From contig OX597825.1 in the NCBI GenBank assembly GCA_951406725.2, positions 992,001-1,056,000 of the forward strand: a stretch of 64,000 nucleotides of DNA. Reading direction: 5' to 3'. Positions 12,124-24,588 of this stretch are shown piece after piece (position 1 is the first letter of the stretch; each line of letters starts with the position of its first letter). The stretch comes from Octopus vulgaris. Lineage: Eukaryota. The notes below the pieces were generated by a model, which saw nothing but the letters and a program-made list of their open reading frames with translations, did not search any database and was not told where the DNA came from. A program made the translations under genes and the position numbers.

Positions 12124-14370
12124 TTAAGACAGTAGCATGTGATTAAAGGGAATTTGTTAAAGTATTTCTAGCCCATCAAGCAACTGCATAGAGGTGGGAT
12201 GGGGAAACTTTTAGATACCAAGTATGAACTGCAGGTACCTAGGAATCTGTGGTGAAGAATCCGTGCTGAGAAAATCTACAAATCTTTAATGTTACAAATT
12301 TACAAGAATATAACAGAAAGGCTTAAATAATCTCCCACCTTTAGATTTTTAGAGACTTCATCCGAAGATAGTTCGAATTTGAGTGCAGATCAGAATTTCC
12401 CACCCCTGATATAGAGTATCTTTGATCGACACTCTTGGATATTGAAGTTTCAGCATCTTTGCTACGTGTCTTCTATTATACTTCAAGTTGGTCTTGTGAA
12501 TGGAATTTGATTGGTAGAATCTGTGTTTGTGTGTGTATTTACACACACTTGTATGTATGTACATGTATGTAAGTGTGCAATACTTACATGTACACTTTGT
12601 GACAGTTGCTCGCTATGAGTGCTGTAGCAGTTGTCCTTTCTCCTGTCCACAAATTACCTGCTGACTTTGCATCGTCAAAAGATGTGTGAAGTAAGAAACG
12701 ATTTATTTGAAAAATAGGTAAGGGTTATTGACATGAAGGGCCAGGAATGGGTGTTGCAAGTGGCTGGTGGGCTGGGTAAAAATTAGATATTAGTGACATA
12801 AGCAGTATTAGTAGCAAACAACAATCTTTATATTCTACTTGACATGGATGAATTATAAAAAACACCATAATAATGCTGTATTCATATTGAGAGAGCATTT
12901 CAGAAGACACCAAGTGCATAACACATAAACAAGTTTGAAGCACCAGGTAGAATCTGCACAGATGAAATGGTAAATGAGGGATGTCTATTTACTTTTGAGA
13001 TGTGTGTGTGAATTAAAACATATTAATAAAAGAATTTATTTATATATGATTTAGATTTATATTTAGTCAAATTGTAGTTTAACATTATTCAGTTATCTCT
13101 AGTAAACTACAAAGGCTGGTCTGAACGACCTTAACCACTTTGCCAAAATTATCTTCTTTTCTTCTTTTTATTGTTTATAATTCAACTTATATATGGTGGT
13201 ACAAAATTCACTTTCCATTTTAGATTTAATCACTCCTGGTTACTTTTTCTTTTAGGGTTATCTTAACGAAATAGCTTGTGTAAACAGGCCTTAAATGCTG
13301 TGGAAGCTAAAGAATGATATTGGCAAGAAATTAGGGCATCGAAGCTGGATACATTAGAACATGCCATGAAACACTGCCTAATAATTGTTTAATTCAGTGA
13401 AGCTGAAAATGGAAGGCATTTGCAGAATGTTATATTCTACAAAAATTTCAACAGTATTTCTAAGGCAAAAAAAAAAAATATACATACATATATAAATAAA
13501 AGGAAAACATTCTTAGCCTTTTATTAAAAAAGTTATTTAACTCTTAAAATGCAGCACCCAGTATAATATTGTATGAACATGTGGGCTACATGCATGTGTG
13601 TTTTTGCACATGAGCCTGGGTATTAATCAAAACCGATTATTCTCCGGGTTGAATAAACAAATTTCTTTGAGGAATATCGTAGCAAACAAAAAAAAGAAAC
13701 CCCCAAAAATCCCCCAAAAAATCAAAAGTAAACAAGCACCCTTCAAAAAAAAGATAAATGAAAAAAAATACATATTTTAATAAAATGTAACAGAAAGTGG
13801 GGAACAAATATTGAAAGAAAAAAAACCCCGAAAAAGAAATTCAAGTTTTCAATATAATTTATAATATAAAAAGAATGTTTCTTTTTTATGAAAGACAAGA
13901 AAGGGAAAAGAAGATGGAAGCAAAGTGATGTTGTTGTTATTGTAGAAAGAATTAAAGTAATAATAGGTAAACATATTGAAATAAATTTATGGTTAAAGAG
14001 GGAGAAGTGATGGGGAAGGAGAAGAGATAGGGAAGGTGTGGAAGGAGAAAAAAAAACAGAAAAAGGAGAGAAAATATAAGTTAAAATTTAGTTTCAATAA
14101 CAAAAAAAAAAAAAGAAAAAAAAGTGCGGTGGCAGCCATGGAAATGGTGAAAAATGATGTGAATGAAATAGGCCCAAAGACATAGTTTTATCATGAAGCA
14201 TGATATGATAACAATTTGGGAATTGGGAATGGACAAGATGGATGTTTGAGCAAGACAATAAATGTCAGAGTAGCTAAATGAAATAATAGCGAAGAGAATA
14301 GGAGAGAAGAGCAGAGAGCTAACATGGTAGGAGGGTAACACTTGTCTCTCTTCTTCTTCTTTCTCTGCAG

Positions 14371-14380
14371 TGTGTGTGTG

Positions 14381-14423
<43 letters not shown>

Positions 14424-14434
14424 CTGTGTGTGTC

Positions 14435-14465
<31 letters not shown>

Positions 14466-14484
14466 GTGTATGTGTGTGTGTGTA

Positions 14485-14515
<31 letters not shown>

Positions 14516-14565
14516 GTGTATGTGTATGTGTGTGTGTGTGTATGTGTATGTGTGTGTGTGCGTAA

Positions 14566-14596
<31 letters not shown>

Positions 14597-14631
14597 ATGT
14601 GTATGTGTGTGTGTCTGTGTGTGTGTGTGTG
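14371..14631. repeat. Imperfect (TG)n microsatellite
   Basis: Direct inspection. Confidence 0.95.
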
Positions 14632-14750
14632 TTTATTAATATTTAGCAGAAGTAACAGAGTGACTCAAAGGCAGAGAGTTTCGTGTGTTGCCACTTCACG
14701 AAACTCTCCACCTTTCAATTGTTCTGTTGCTTCTGCTAAATATTAATAAA
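14632..14750. mobile_element. Fold-back element (~54-bp arms), probably Penelope-derived
   Basis: TTTATTAATATTTAGCAGAAG.AACAGA...GAGAGTTTCGTG / CACGAAACTCTC...TCTGTT.CTTCTGCTAAATATTAATAAA, lying between (TG)n and (TA)n tracts. Confidence 0.55.
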
Positions 14751-14803
14751 AAAACATGTATAATCATATTTTGAGTTCTATTTTTCCTGCTTACATCACC
14801 ATA

Positions 14804-14862
<59 letters not shown>

Positions 14863-16761
14863 GTATCATCGTTTAATGTCTGTTTGCCAAGCTGGTCTGG
14901 GATGGAGAGTTTGAAATGAGCCCAGCAAGCTCCATTGTCCACTTTGGCATGGTTTCTATGGCCGGATGCTCTTCCTGAAGCCAACCACTTTACAGAGTGG
15001 CAATGGGTTCTTCACAGCAGCAGCACTGGAAGGATCAGCAGCAGGTAACTTGCCAGACAAGATAAAGTCCCTTCAACTCAGGGGTGGGGGGTTGGCTGTG
15101 TGTCAGTTGATGAAACATTGAAAGAATAATGGAGGGGTGGAGGTGGGTGTTTCGCTGAAGAAGAGATACAAAGATAACCGAGTTGAAGAACAAGAGAGAG
15201 AGAAAGAGAAAGAGTGAGAGAGAGATGGAGAGAGTAAGAGAGATATGGTGGTAGATATATATCAGGACAAACTCTAAAAGTACAGTGGGGGGGTGGGGGC
15301 ACAGTGAATATAAGTGGAATGATGGACAAGATTGGAGTGGGGGAGTGATCTGGAAGGAGAGTGGGGAAACTTTCCATGAGAATGTGAGGAGAGATGATTG
15401 GAAGGGATAGAGGTGAGTGTAGTAATTGAAGATGGCAGATTTAGGAGTGACTCAAGAGGCAGGGAGTATATTAGAGATGTGAGAGCATTAGGAGTGATGC
15501 AGGATGAAGGAAGTGTTAAGGATGAAGAGAGAGCAGGGAAGAGAGAAGATGATGGCTGGAGGAAGATGATGAGGAATGCAAGTGGTTCAGGGGTGGTGGT
15601 GGTGAGGGAAAGAGGAAGGTTATGAAGAGGAGTGGATGTAGGGTGTGTCAATTCTGCTCTCAGGTGATTATGTTTGTTGAATAGCATCAGAGATAAAGAA
15701 TTGATGAGGATTAGGGAATGGGGTATGGGTGAAGCCCATTGGGGCAGTGAGAATAGGGGTGGGCAGAGCTCTGCATGTAGAAGCATATTGCTTGAATTTC
15801 CATGTTCTGTTGTTATATGGGATGGTTTTGTGTATATTCCTTGGGACAAGTTAAAATTTGTGGTCCTTGAGTTTAGAAGCAAATTACAACAAAATTGTGG
15901 GGTTTACTTTGTGCCTCAATCTGAAGCTATGCAGTTGCTGCTAGTGTCAGCTTTTAAAGCATAAAAAATGCAAAACATCTGAACAGGATACACCTGAACC
16001 TCTTGATCTGAATTGGGCATTCAGTTTCAACAATGAATGATTAAAATGCAAATTAAAACACCCAACATTACCAGTTATTGTAAACACATTTAAAACATGT
16101 AATTTGTACCTCATGGGTAGGAATGATTCTTTTAAAAAACAAACATTTTTCTTGTATGAATGCAAAAAATTTACCCATCACCATTGGATGAAAACTGTAA
16201 AAGGCAAATGCAAAGTCAAAAAAGTTAAATTAAATCCTTTTTGAATGAAACTCATATAAATAAAGCACTCATTGTGTTGCAGGCTGCATGGTAGCATCAC
16301 CACGAGTGCTGGATACATGAAAAAAGCAGCCAGTAGATGCTGTAAAGTGGTTGGCATTAAGAAGGGCATCAGTCATAGAAGCAGTGTCAAAGTAGACCGG
16401 AGAGCATAATGCAGTCCTTGGTCCCATTGGATCCTGTCAAGCGATCCAATCCATGTCAGCATGGAAGGTGTAAGTGAAGTTCTGTGGATAAAATATACTC
16501 AATGGATAATTTTGATGGTGATGATGTTTTGAAGAATAACAAAACTAACTAAAATAAGAAAGAACAAATATATTCTCAGAAATTTTCTAGAAGAAATGTT
16601 TTAAAAAAAGAATTAATTTATTAAGTTAGTGAAAATTTTTAAGAAAGATCTCCATGTAGACTCTTTATCTCTGTCTGTGATCTGGTTGCTGGAAATAGCA
16701 ACAGAAGTTTCTAAAATCATAGCCTGAACTCTTAGGAAATGACATATATAAGGTGACTCCG

Positions 16762-16975
16762 CTTTTAAATTTTGACACAAAACCAGCAATTTTGAGAGAG
16801 TGGTCAAATCAATTACATCGAACCCCAGTGCTCAAATGGTACTTAATTTATTGAATCAAAAAGGATCAAAAGCAAAGTCGACTTTGGAAGAATTTGAAAT
16901 TAGAGGATAAACTAAAGGTGGATGAAATGCAGCTCAGCCTTTTGCCTGGCATGCTGACGGTCCAGCCAGGTCTTT
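16762..16975 (-). mobile_element. SINE family C (tRNA-like head, Nin/Deu-like body)
   Basis: Matches 48146-48310, 29146-29460, 49944-50137 and 54835-55033 (GTCGACTTTGC.TTT.ATCCTTT...AAGTACCA...GGGGTCGAT...CAAAATTTGAAA). Confidence 0.7.
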
Positions 16976-17749
16976 CACTTCGTCTCATTATGCATATATT
17001 AAACAGAAGAATCCAATGAAGGATGTCCTACTTGAACAGCTAGAAATAGCAGCGAAATGTGTGTTACAACACATGTCACTAACAAAAGAAGGGAAAGAAG
17101 GGCTGATTGAATAATGCAGTCCTTGATACCCAGTGTCTTATAAAAAGATGGAGTAGTTACGACCAGAGCTCAACAGCATCAACAATAAACACAAGGAAAG
17201 GTAGCATAACAACATCAATCGCGGTTGCCAGAGCATAAATACAGCTGAATGGTTGAAAGTAGCAACAGATTAAATATTCTCAAAGTGATTGTTGAAAGCA
17301 AAATTAGGTTAATCAATCAGTTATTAGCACACTATGTTTCTAATCAGTAAGAGCCCCGAAACAACTAATAGCAATATTCCAAGCGAAACACTTCTGATCT
17401 AAGAAATTCCTTGTTATATTTATATAATCAATTTTAAATCAATTGCAATAAACAAATATTTGAATAAAGGTTATAAAAAAAAAGTGATAAGGTAGATTAC
17501 TCTAAAATACTTGAAATGAGTTAAGTCCCTTGAAAAATAGTTGAAGGGCAGAGTAAGATTTTAGAACCGAGCACACTCACAGGCATGGGACACACAGACT
17601 ACGGGAAGGAAGGAATATGTGTATATGTGTGTATGCATGTATATGTATATCTATATGTATATATGTGGATATAAATATGTATGTGCATACATGTGTGTGT
17701 GTGTATAATATATGTATACACACACGTTATCTATCTACCTGTCTGTCAG

Positions 17750-17794
<45 letters not shown>

Positions 17795-18059
17795 GTTTAT
17801 AAATATATATATATATATATGTTTATATATATATATATATAAATTGGTGTTAGAACTCAATGTGCATGTTTCAGAATAACGCAATAAAGCATTTAGTCAC
17901 ATAGAAAGTGTAATATAAAGTTTAAAGGCTAAAGAACATTATTACTGAATTCTAGTTTCCTTGTCATTTACTTAATTTTGTATATTTATATATATGTGTG
18001 TGTGTGTGTGTGTGTATTGTAGTACTTGTTTCAGTCATTGGAGTGCTGCCATACTGGGG

Positions 18060-18090
<31 letters not shown>

Positions 18091-18099
18091 GCAATAAAA

Positions 18100-18520
18100 G
18101 AGATGCTTTTACAGAGAGAGATATTAGAGAAGTATGACATTGGTGGATTCAGCCATGAAATCTGTGGGAAGAGTTAATGACTCAATTAATTAGAGAAGAG
18201 AATCTGAGTGGGACTCAATGATGTGCAGTTTGGTTTTGTGTCTGGGAAAGATGCTGCATCTGCTGTCTTTCTGGTGAAACAATTGCAAGAGCTAAAAGTA
18301 AGTTGCTGTACTTAGCATTCGTTGACCTGGAGAGAGCCTTTCATGGGGCCCCTTGGTCGGTAAGCTGGCGGTCACTGAGGAAGCTTGAGGTAGATGAATG
18401 GGTTGTGGGAACCATACCAACCATGAACAGAGATGTTGTCAGTGTGGTGTGAATTAACGAGCACAATAATAAATTTACTGAGCTGATAGTTAATCAGGGA
18501 TTGGTTCTCAGTCCCCTCTT
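18100..18520 (+). pseudogene. RTE-clade LINE reverse transcriptase fossil
   Basis: Frameshifted translation DVQFGFVSGKDAASAVFLVKQLQE / KLLYLAFVDLERAF...WRSLRKLEVDEWVV...NQGLVLSPLL, i.e. RT domains 2-4 of RTE type. Confidence 0.8.
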
Positions 18521-18884
18521 AAGGGAAACAAGTATATACACCCAGAGCCATAGCTGTGTGACAGAGAATTTTGCTTTCCAGCCTTATGGTTTTGTGTTCA
18601 GCCTTACTGTGTGGCACCTTGGACAAGTCTTCTCTCCCTGGGCTGTATATTCGTGCGTTTGTGCATGTGATTATCCTTGTTGTCATATTGTGCAATAGCT
18701 GTAAATGAGCATCACTGTTATGCAAAAGATGTCCTTCGCTACCAGGTTTCCATGGAAACATGTTGAGGAATGAAGAAATATCTTGCTTGGATTTGGAAAC
18801 AGATGAGGATTGATGATAAGAAGGGCTCCCAGACATAGAAAATCTGCTTCAATTCTGACCCAAGATGAACAAATTGACCCTACT

Positions 18885-18996
18885 ACATGGTAGGTATTTA
18901 TTCTATTAGTCTCTTTTGTTAAACTGCTAAGTTACAGGGAGATAGACTAACCAATACCAATGGTTAGGCTGTGGTGGGAGACAGACACAAACATAC

Positions 18997-19066
<70 letters not shown>

Positions 19067-19232
19067 AATGGGTTTCATTTATCAGTTTCCTTCAACTGAA
19101 TCCACTTATGAGGATTTGGTCAACCCATGTCTGTGGTAGAAGATACTTGCCTAAGGTTCCACACAGTGGGACTGAACCTAAAACCAAATTATGAGAAGCA
19201 ACCCTCTTAACCACACTGCCACTCCTGCACCT
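18885..19232 (-). mobile_element. SINE family A copy with expanded internal TG tract
   Basis: Reverse complement aligns to the family A head and body. Confidence 0.7.
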
Positions 19233-19308
19233 ACAACTACATGGTCAAGCTTGTGGCCCTGACCACTAGGAGACACTTCATTTGGAATGGACCAAAATAC
19301 AGCAGAGA

Positions 19309-19520
19309 TTGTTGTTGTTGTTTAGCCCCAGGCTAGTCTTGATTGAGCAAATCTATGAACAAAAGTGATCCAGCCACAGCCATCCTGTCTTTCACTTGTG
19401 GCTTTGCAAATCCATTCAGCATACCTTCTCTTTTCAAGAAGGTAAGGTGTAATTTTAAGGGGATTTGGCTATTGTACTTAGCAGTTCAGGTAACCATGTT
19501 AAGGCTCTCTTGCTGACATA
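19309..19520 (-). mobile_element. SINE-like family D ((AAC)n tail)
   Basis: TTGTTGTTGTTTAGCCCCAGG...TATGA.CAAA...GATTTGGCT..T.T.TAGCAG motif recurs at about 4540, 17020, 19790, 22680, 28410, 34440, 44950-47490, 49190 and 55375. Confidence 0.6.
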
Positions 19521-19899
19521 TTCAGCAGAAAATATTTGAAGAGAAAGCTGAAGAGGATGTGATGATAGACTCACAGATGAGATAATGGGAAAATGTTATA
19601 AATTGTATGTCTAACCCATGTCAATATAGAAGAAATGGTCAATGCAGATAATGATGTGCATGTTGATGATGATGACGATGATGATGATGTTGAAGATAAT
19701 GAATTTTACATCAGTTCTGTTAGTATAAACTGGTCTCTAACATAAACATCACACTTGCTGATATAAGATAATCAATAGAATTAATGAGCCAAAGAGAGTG
19801 TCTGCATGTGGTCGCTCAACTTGCCAAAAGCAGCAGCTAAATTTCTCCCTTATTACATTGTATTTTAGACAGAAATGAGAATCACAGAGAGAGAGAGAG

Positions 19900-19964
<65 letters not shown>

Positions 19965-20388
19965 CTGCTTGATCAGGACGGATCAACAACTACAATAAAA
20001 ATTACAAAAGATACTAAATTTATCCTAATAAGAGATTTTTCATTACCATTTTATTAATGCAGACATTTAAATGAAACCATTTAATTATCTGAGTTTAAAA
20101 GTTTATAAAAAATATATGTAAAAGGATTTAGTATGTCAGATTCTGCAACTAATTTATGCTTGCAATTTTGGCCTGTATGAATGGTTTCCTTTAAGGAAGT
20201 GGACAGCAGCAACACACAGACATACACACATATCTAGTAGAGCAAATACAAAAGGAGTATTAAGTATGAGCGAGATACTCAGGCTGTACTCCTGCAAATA
20301 CTAGTTAACAGGTGTACGGGAATGCTGGTGTTTGCTATGTATGTATGTGTGTGTGTATGAATGTATGTATGTGTTGTGTATGTATGTA

Positions 20389-20419
<31 letters not shown>

Positions 20420-20468
20420 CTGTGTGCGTGCGCGCTTGTGTGTACATATGTGCATGTATATATATGTA

Positions 20469-21370
20469 CAAGGGGTACCCGAAAAAACAGAATTTTGCAA
20501 TATTATATTTTACTCACTTAGTTTTGCATGTTTACACTTTTATCGTCTTCAAAGTATTCTCCATTTGAAGCAATGCATCATTGGTCCAGGCATGCTTTCC
20601 CCTGATGGAAGCAGGGCTGAAACTCTTGTGAAGTGATACCTTTTAATGCCTCCATCATTTTTTTGCTTCATCTCTTCCATATCAGCAAATTCCATAGCCC
20701 CAGCTTTCGTTACCAGTGATGACCTCCAAAAACAGGTCCGGATCAACTCCCAGCTGTTCCTTCAGCTCATCACACACGTTCAGTCACGACTGCTTTCGAT
20801 CTTCTGTGAGCAAGCAAGGAAGACACGAATTTTGCTGCAACCCTTTTCATTCACAATTCCTCACTCAAAATTCATTGGGAGGGGGTCCAGGAGACATCAG
20901 TCATGTCAACAAGTTTGTCAATTGTTTGATGATGGTCTTCTAAGATCAGCTCATGAATTTTCATGAGGTTTTCATTCGTTTGGGAGGTTGATGTTTGCCC
21001 TGGATGAGGTTGGTCAGCAATTGATAAGTGATCATTCCTCAAGTGTGAAAACCACTCATAAACTTCTGTTTTGCTCCTGGCAGCAGCCTTGTAAGCCGTT
21101 TGAAGCATAGGGACTGTTTTTGGCTGCCATTTTCCCTAGCAGAAAACAGAATTTCACAGAAGCCCGCTGTTCCCTGTTTCGGCCATTGCAAAAATCGATG
21201 AACAGGGGAGAAGCACTGTAAAGCAAAGACACCTCATGTAGCAGTATGACCCCCGACCCTTTCACTGGACAACGCCGGTCAGCAGACTGATGCCTGAGAG
21301 TTGCATCAAGTGAATTACAATGGGCTTGTCCTATAGAGTACGTTTGAAGTTACTTTCGGGTACTCCATTG
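20469..21370 (-). mobile_element. Tc1/mariner (mariner-type) DNA transposon, internally deleted, with transposase pseudogene
   Basis: TA-flanked TIRs CAAGGGGTACCCGAAA / TTTCGGGTACTCCATTG. Minus-strand remnants EQRASVKFCFLLGK, MLQTAY...VYEWFSHLRNDHLSIADQPHPGQTST, typical of the mariner N-terminal HTH region. Confidence 0.88.
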
Positions 21371-23066
21371 TATGTATGCACTGAAAGTCACGTATAAGAT
21401 GGGTCTAATGTACTTTGTCCATTTCTCTGGATTGTTTTAGCTTTAACGCATATTTGCTTCTGATATATCTCTTGAGGGCAAAAATAGTTGTGGGGTTAAA
21501 ACGTTTGCTTTGCAACTGCATCATTTTGTGTTTGATCCTGCTGCACAACATCATGTGCAAGTGTCTTGAGTTGATCTATATCCTTCGAGTGGAGTTCAGT
21601 GGATAGAAGCTGGGTTGATGCTGTTGTGTGTGTGTGTGTGTATTCAACGAAGTATCTCTTGAACTGAGATACATTGGAAATCGATGTAACCACCAGCAAT
21701 AAAAAAAAAAAACACATAACAAAACAAAAAAACTCCTGCCTTTTTAACAAGATCCCTTGCAATATTTGTTGTACACAGAGTTATAGATGCTTCCTTTTCA
21801 AAGTTGCTAGTGCAAGTAAACTAGTGATTGGTCCATTAAAAGCCAGAACCAATAATGCTTTTGCCCAAATAAAACAAATCAAAGAAATAAGTTCTCGTTT
21901 CCAACATGTTTGTCTAAACCAATTTCAGCAATTTATTTTGAAAAGGATAATTAGATGAAATTAAACTGAAAATGTTATCATAGTGATGCAAATTTCTGTA
22001 TTAAGCCGAATTCTTTTGATTTAATTTTCTTTTTAGCAACTAACTTTATTTAACATGCATTTAAATGCCGTAATTGAATCCAATTCCTATTCTGTCCTTG
22101 TTTATTTGCCACATTTTGTTTTTAAATTTATATTTTGAGTGTTGAATAATTTTCTTTGATATAATCTATCTTTTAATCTTTGAAAAATGACCTGGATGAA
22201 TCAGCAATTTAAAAAAAAAAAGATTGCATTTTGATCATGGAAGCATATTGCATAGTCAGATGATCCTGTTAATACAGGTTCGATGCAAAACAATGTGTGG
22301 CTATTATTTCAATCAAAAGTCTTCTGCCTGTGTTAGAATACGCAATTTCAGCCAATGACCTGACCTTTCAGAATATAAGTCATGTTATCAAATAAAGTTA
22401 TCAAAATTGAAATGGGGGAAAAAAAATCTAATAAAGACAAGTGTGTGTGTGTGAGGGGGTTAAAAATAGGATAGAAAAGCTACCCTCCCACTGTAGATCT
22501 CATCTGAATACTTGCAACAGAATGGGTTCTGCTAAAAACACCCCATTTTTATATATATTTTAAAACGTTTCAACTCAGTTGTTCAAACAGTTTCATTTAA
22601 ATATATGCATCAATAAATTACTAACCAAAATCTCAAACTAGGATTCACTTAGTACGCTTTATAATCTTCGTTGCAGTTACTGATCAGCCCTGACCAAGCA
22701 AACCAATGAGGAAAGGCCTCTCAGTCTTCACTCCACTCCAAACCATTTTTTCTTCTTCTCTCTGGCAGTGGATCTCATTTCTCTTTAAAACATCAGCTGT
22801 AGTATGAGAAAGATTTAGCTGCTGCTTCTGGTAAGTTGAGCAACCAAATGCAGGCTCTCTTGTTGGCCCATTTATATTATAGGTGATCTCATATTAGCAA
22901 GTTAGTGACCAGTTTATATTAATAGAACTGTTGTTCAATTAATTATGGATGATGATGATGATGATGATGCCACTGCCTCTGTCACCTGCGTTCACTGATT
23001 CTCTGATGCTGACAGGGGTCAGACAGGGCTCATATACGGTCTGTTTGCTCCCAATGTATCCTAGAT

Positions 23067-23213
23067 CAGTAGTTCCCAACTTGTGCTCTGCAAAAGTAGT
23101 ACTGGGTGTCCTTGAACATGTTAAACTGACAGACCTTTCAATATCCCGGGGTCTGTGGGGAAACTCATTTAAATAAAAAGGGTCCTTGGTAGGGAAAAGG
23201 TTGGGAATCACTG
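23067..23213. mobile_element. hAT (Charlie/MER5-like) MITE
   Basis: TIRs CAGTAGTTCCCAAC / GTTGGGAATCACTG; perfect 8-bp TSD TCCTAGAT at 23059-23066 and 23214-23221. Confidence 0.9.
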
Positions 23214-23928
23214 TCCTAGATGATGATGCAAAATCTAATGATGTACAAAGCCTGCCAACCAAAATGTCTTACATAGAGTGAGTTCTTGATAGAATTATTC
23301 AAATGTGTCTCAATACTTTGGAAACTGACTGAACAAAATCATCAAAATATCAAAAACAAAATAGGAATGTTGTCATTTAAGAGTTTCCTCTGGATACTCA
23401 AGGCCCATATTGACCAGTGGCTGAGCTCTTCAAATAAATGCAGTGTCTCATTTTATAGCCAAATGGTTTCTGGTTCATTCCCACAGTGTGTGTGTGTCTG
23501 TCCCTCCTGCTCCCTAGTTCACCACTGCTTGACAATCAGTGTTGGTTTATTTATGCCCCTGTACTTTAGAAGTTTAGACAAAGAGACTGATAATCAGCCC
23601 ATTTTTACATCTTTTATTCAGACATATGTTATAACGTTAACCAGTTTTTATGGATGCTAGAATACAATGCAAAACAAATTTGGCTTTTGCTTCTATCAGG
23701 TTGAATGACCACATTAAGGTTTCCTAATTGGCTCAAGGAAGTAAGGAGATTGATGAAGTGGTGTGCTGAAATGAACTTCTTCCTTAACCTGTTTGATGCA
23801 AACTCACCTGAGACTGTTCCTGATGATTTTAGGATGCACACATCCTGTTCAAAAGTGATCCAGATTAAAAACTTTCAGCAAAAATTCATGTTATATTCCA
23901 AACACCAGTTTAATAATAATAATAAAGT

Positions 23929-24352
<424 letters not shown>

Positions 24353-24356
<4 letters not shown>

Positions 24357-24540
24357 GTAATCCAAACGGGAAAACAGAAAAAACAACACGTGGAACAATT
24401 ACAGTATTATTATTATTAGGCGCTCAGGAAAATGGAAGAAGGAGGGTATGACGTTTCGAGCGGAGCTCTTCGTCGGAAACATAGGAGAAAGAAAGATCCC
24501 GAGACGGGAGGACAGAGGAAAAAAAAAAAAAATTGCAGGT
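24353..24540 (-). mobile_element. Short Penelope-like terminal relic with a hammerhead-like motif
   Basis: Minus strand CCGACGA-A-GAGC-TCC-GCTC-GAAACGTC at 24450-24476; downstream TTCCTGAGCG...TAATAC shared with the 54295-54455 element; abuts (TA)n. Confidence 0.55.
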
Positions 24541-24588
24541 AGTCTTCAGGTAGTCTTATATATGTATGCATATATAAAATGTATGTAT

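Noticed and set aside
15274-15882. 202-aa minus-strand ORF
   Set aside because: Low-complexity S/L/P/T-rich translation of a pyrimidine-skewed strand; no recognisable domain, non-ATG start.
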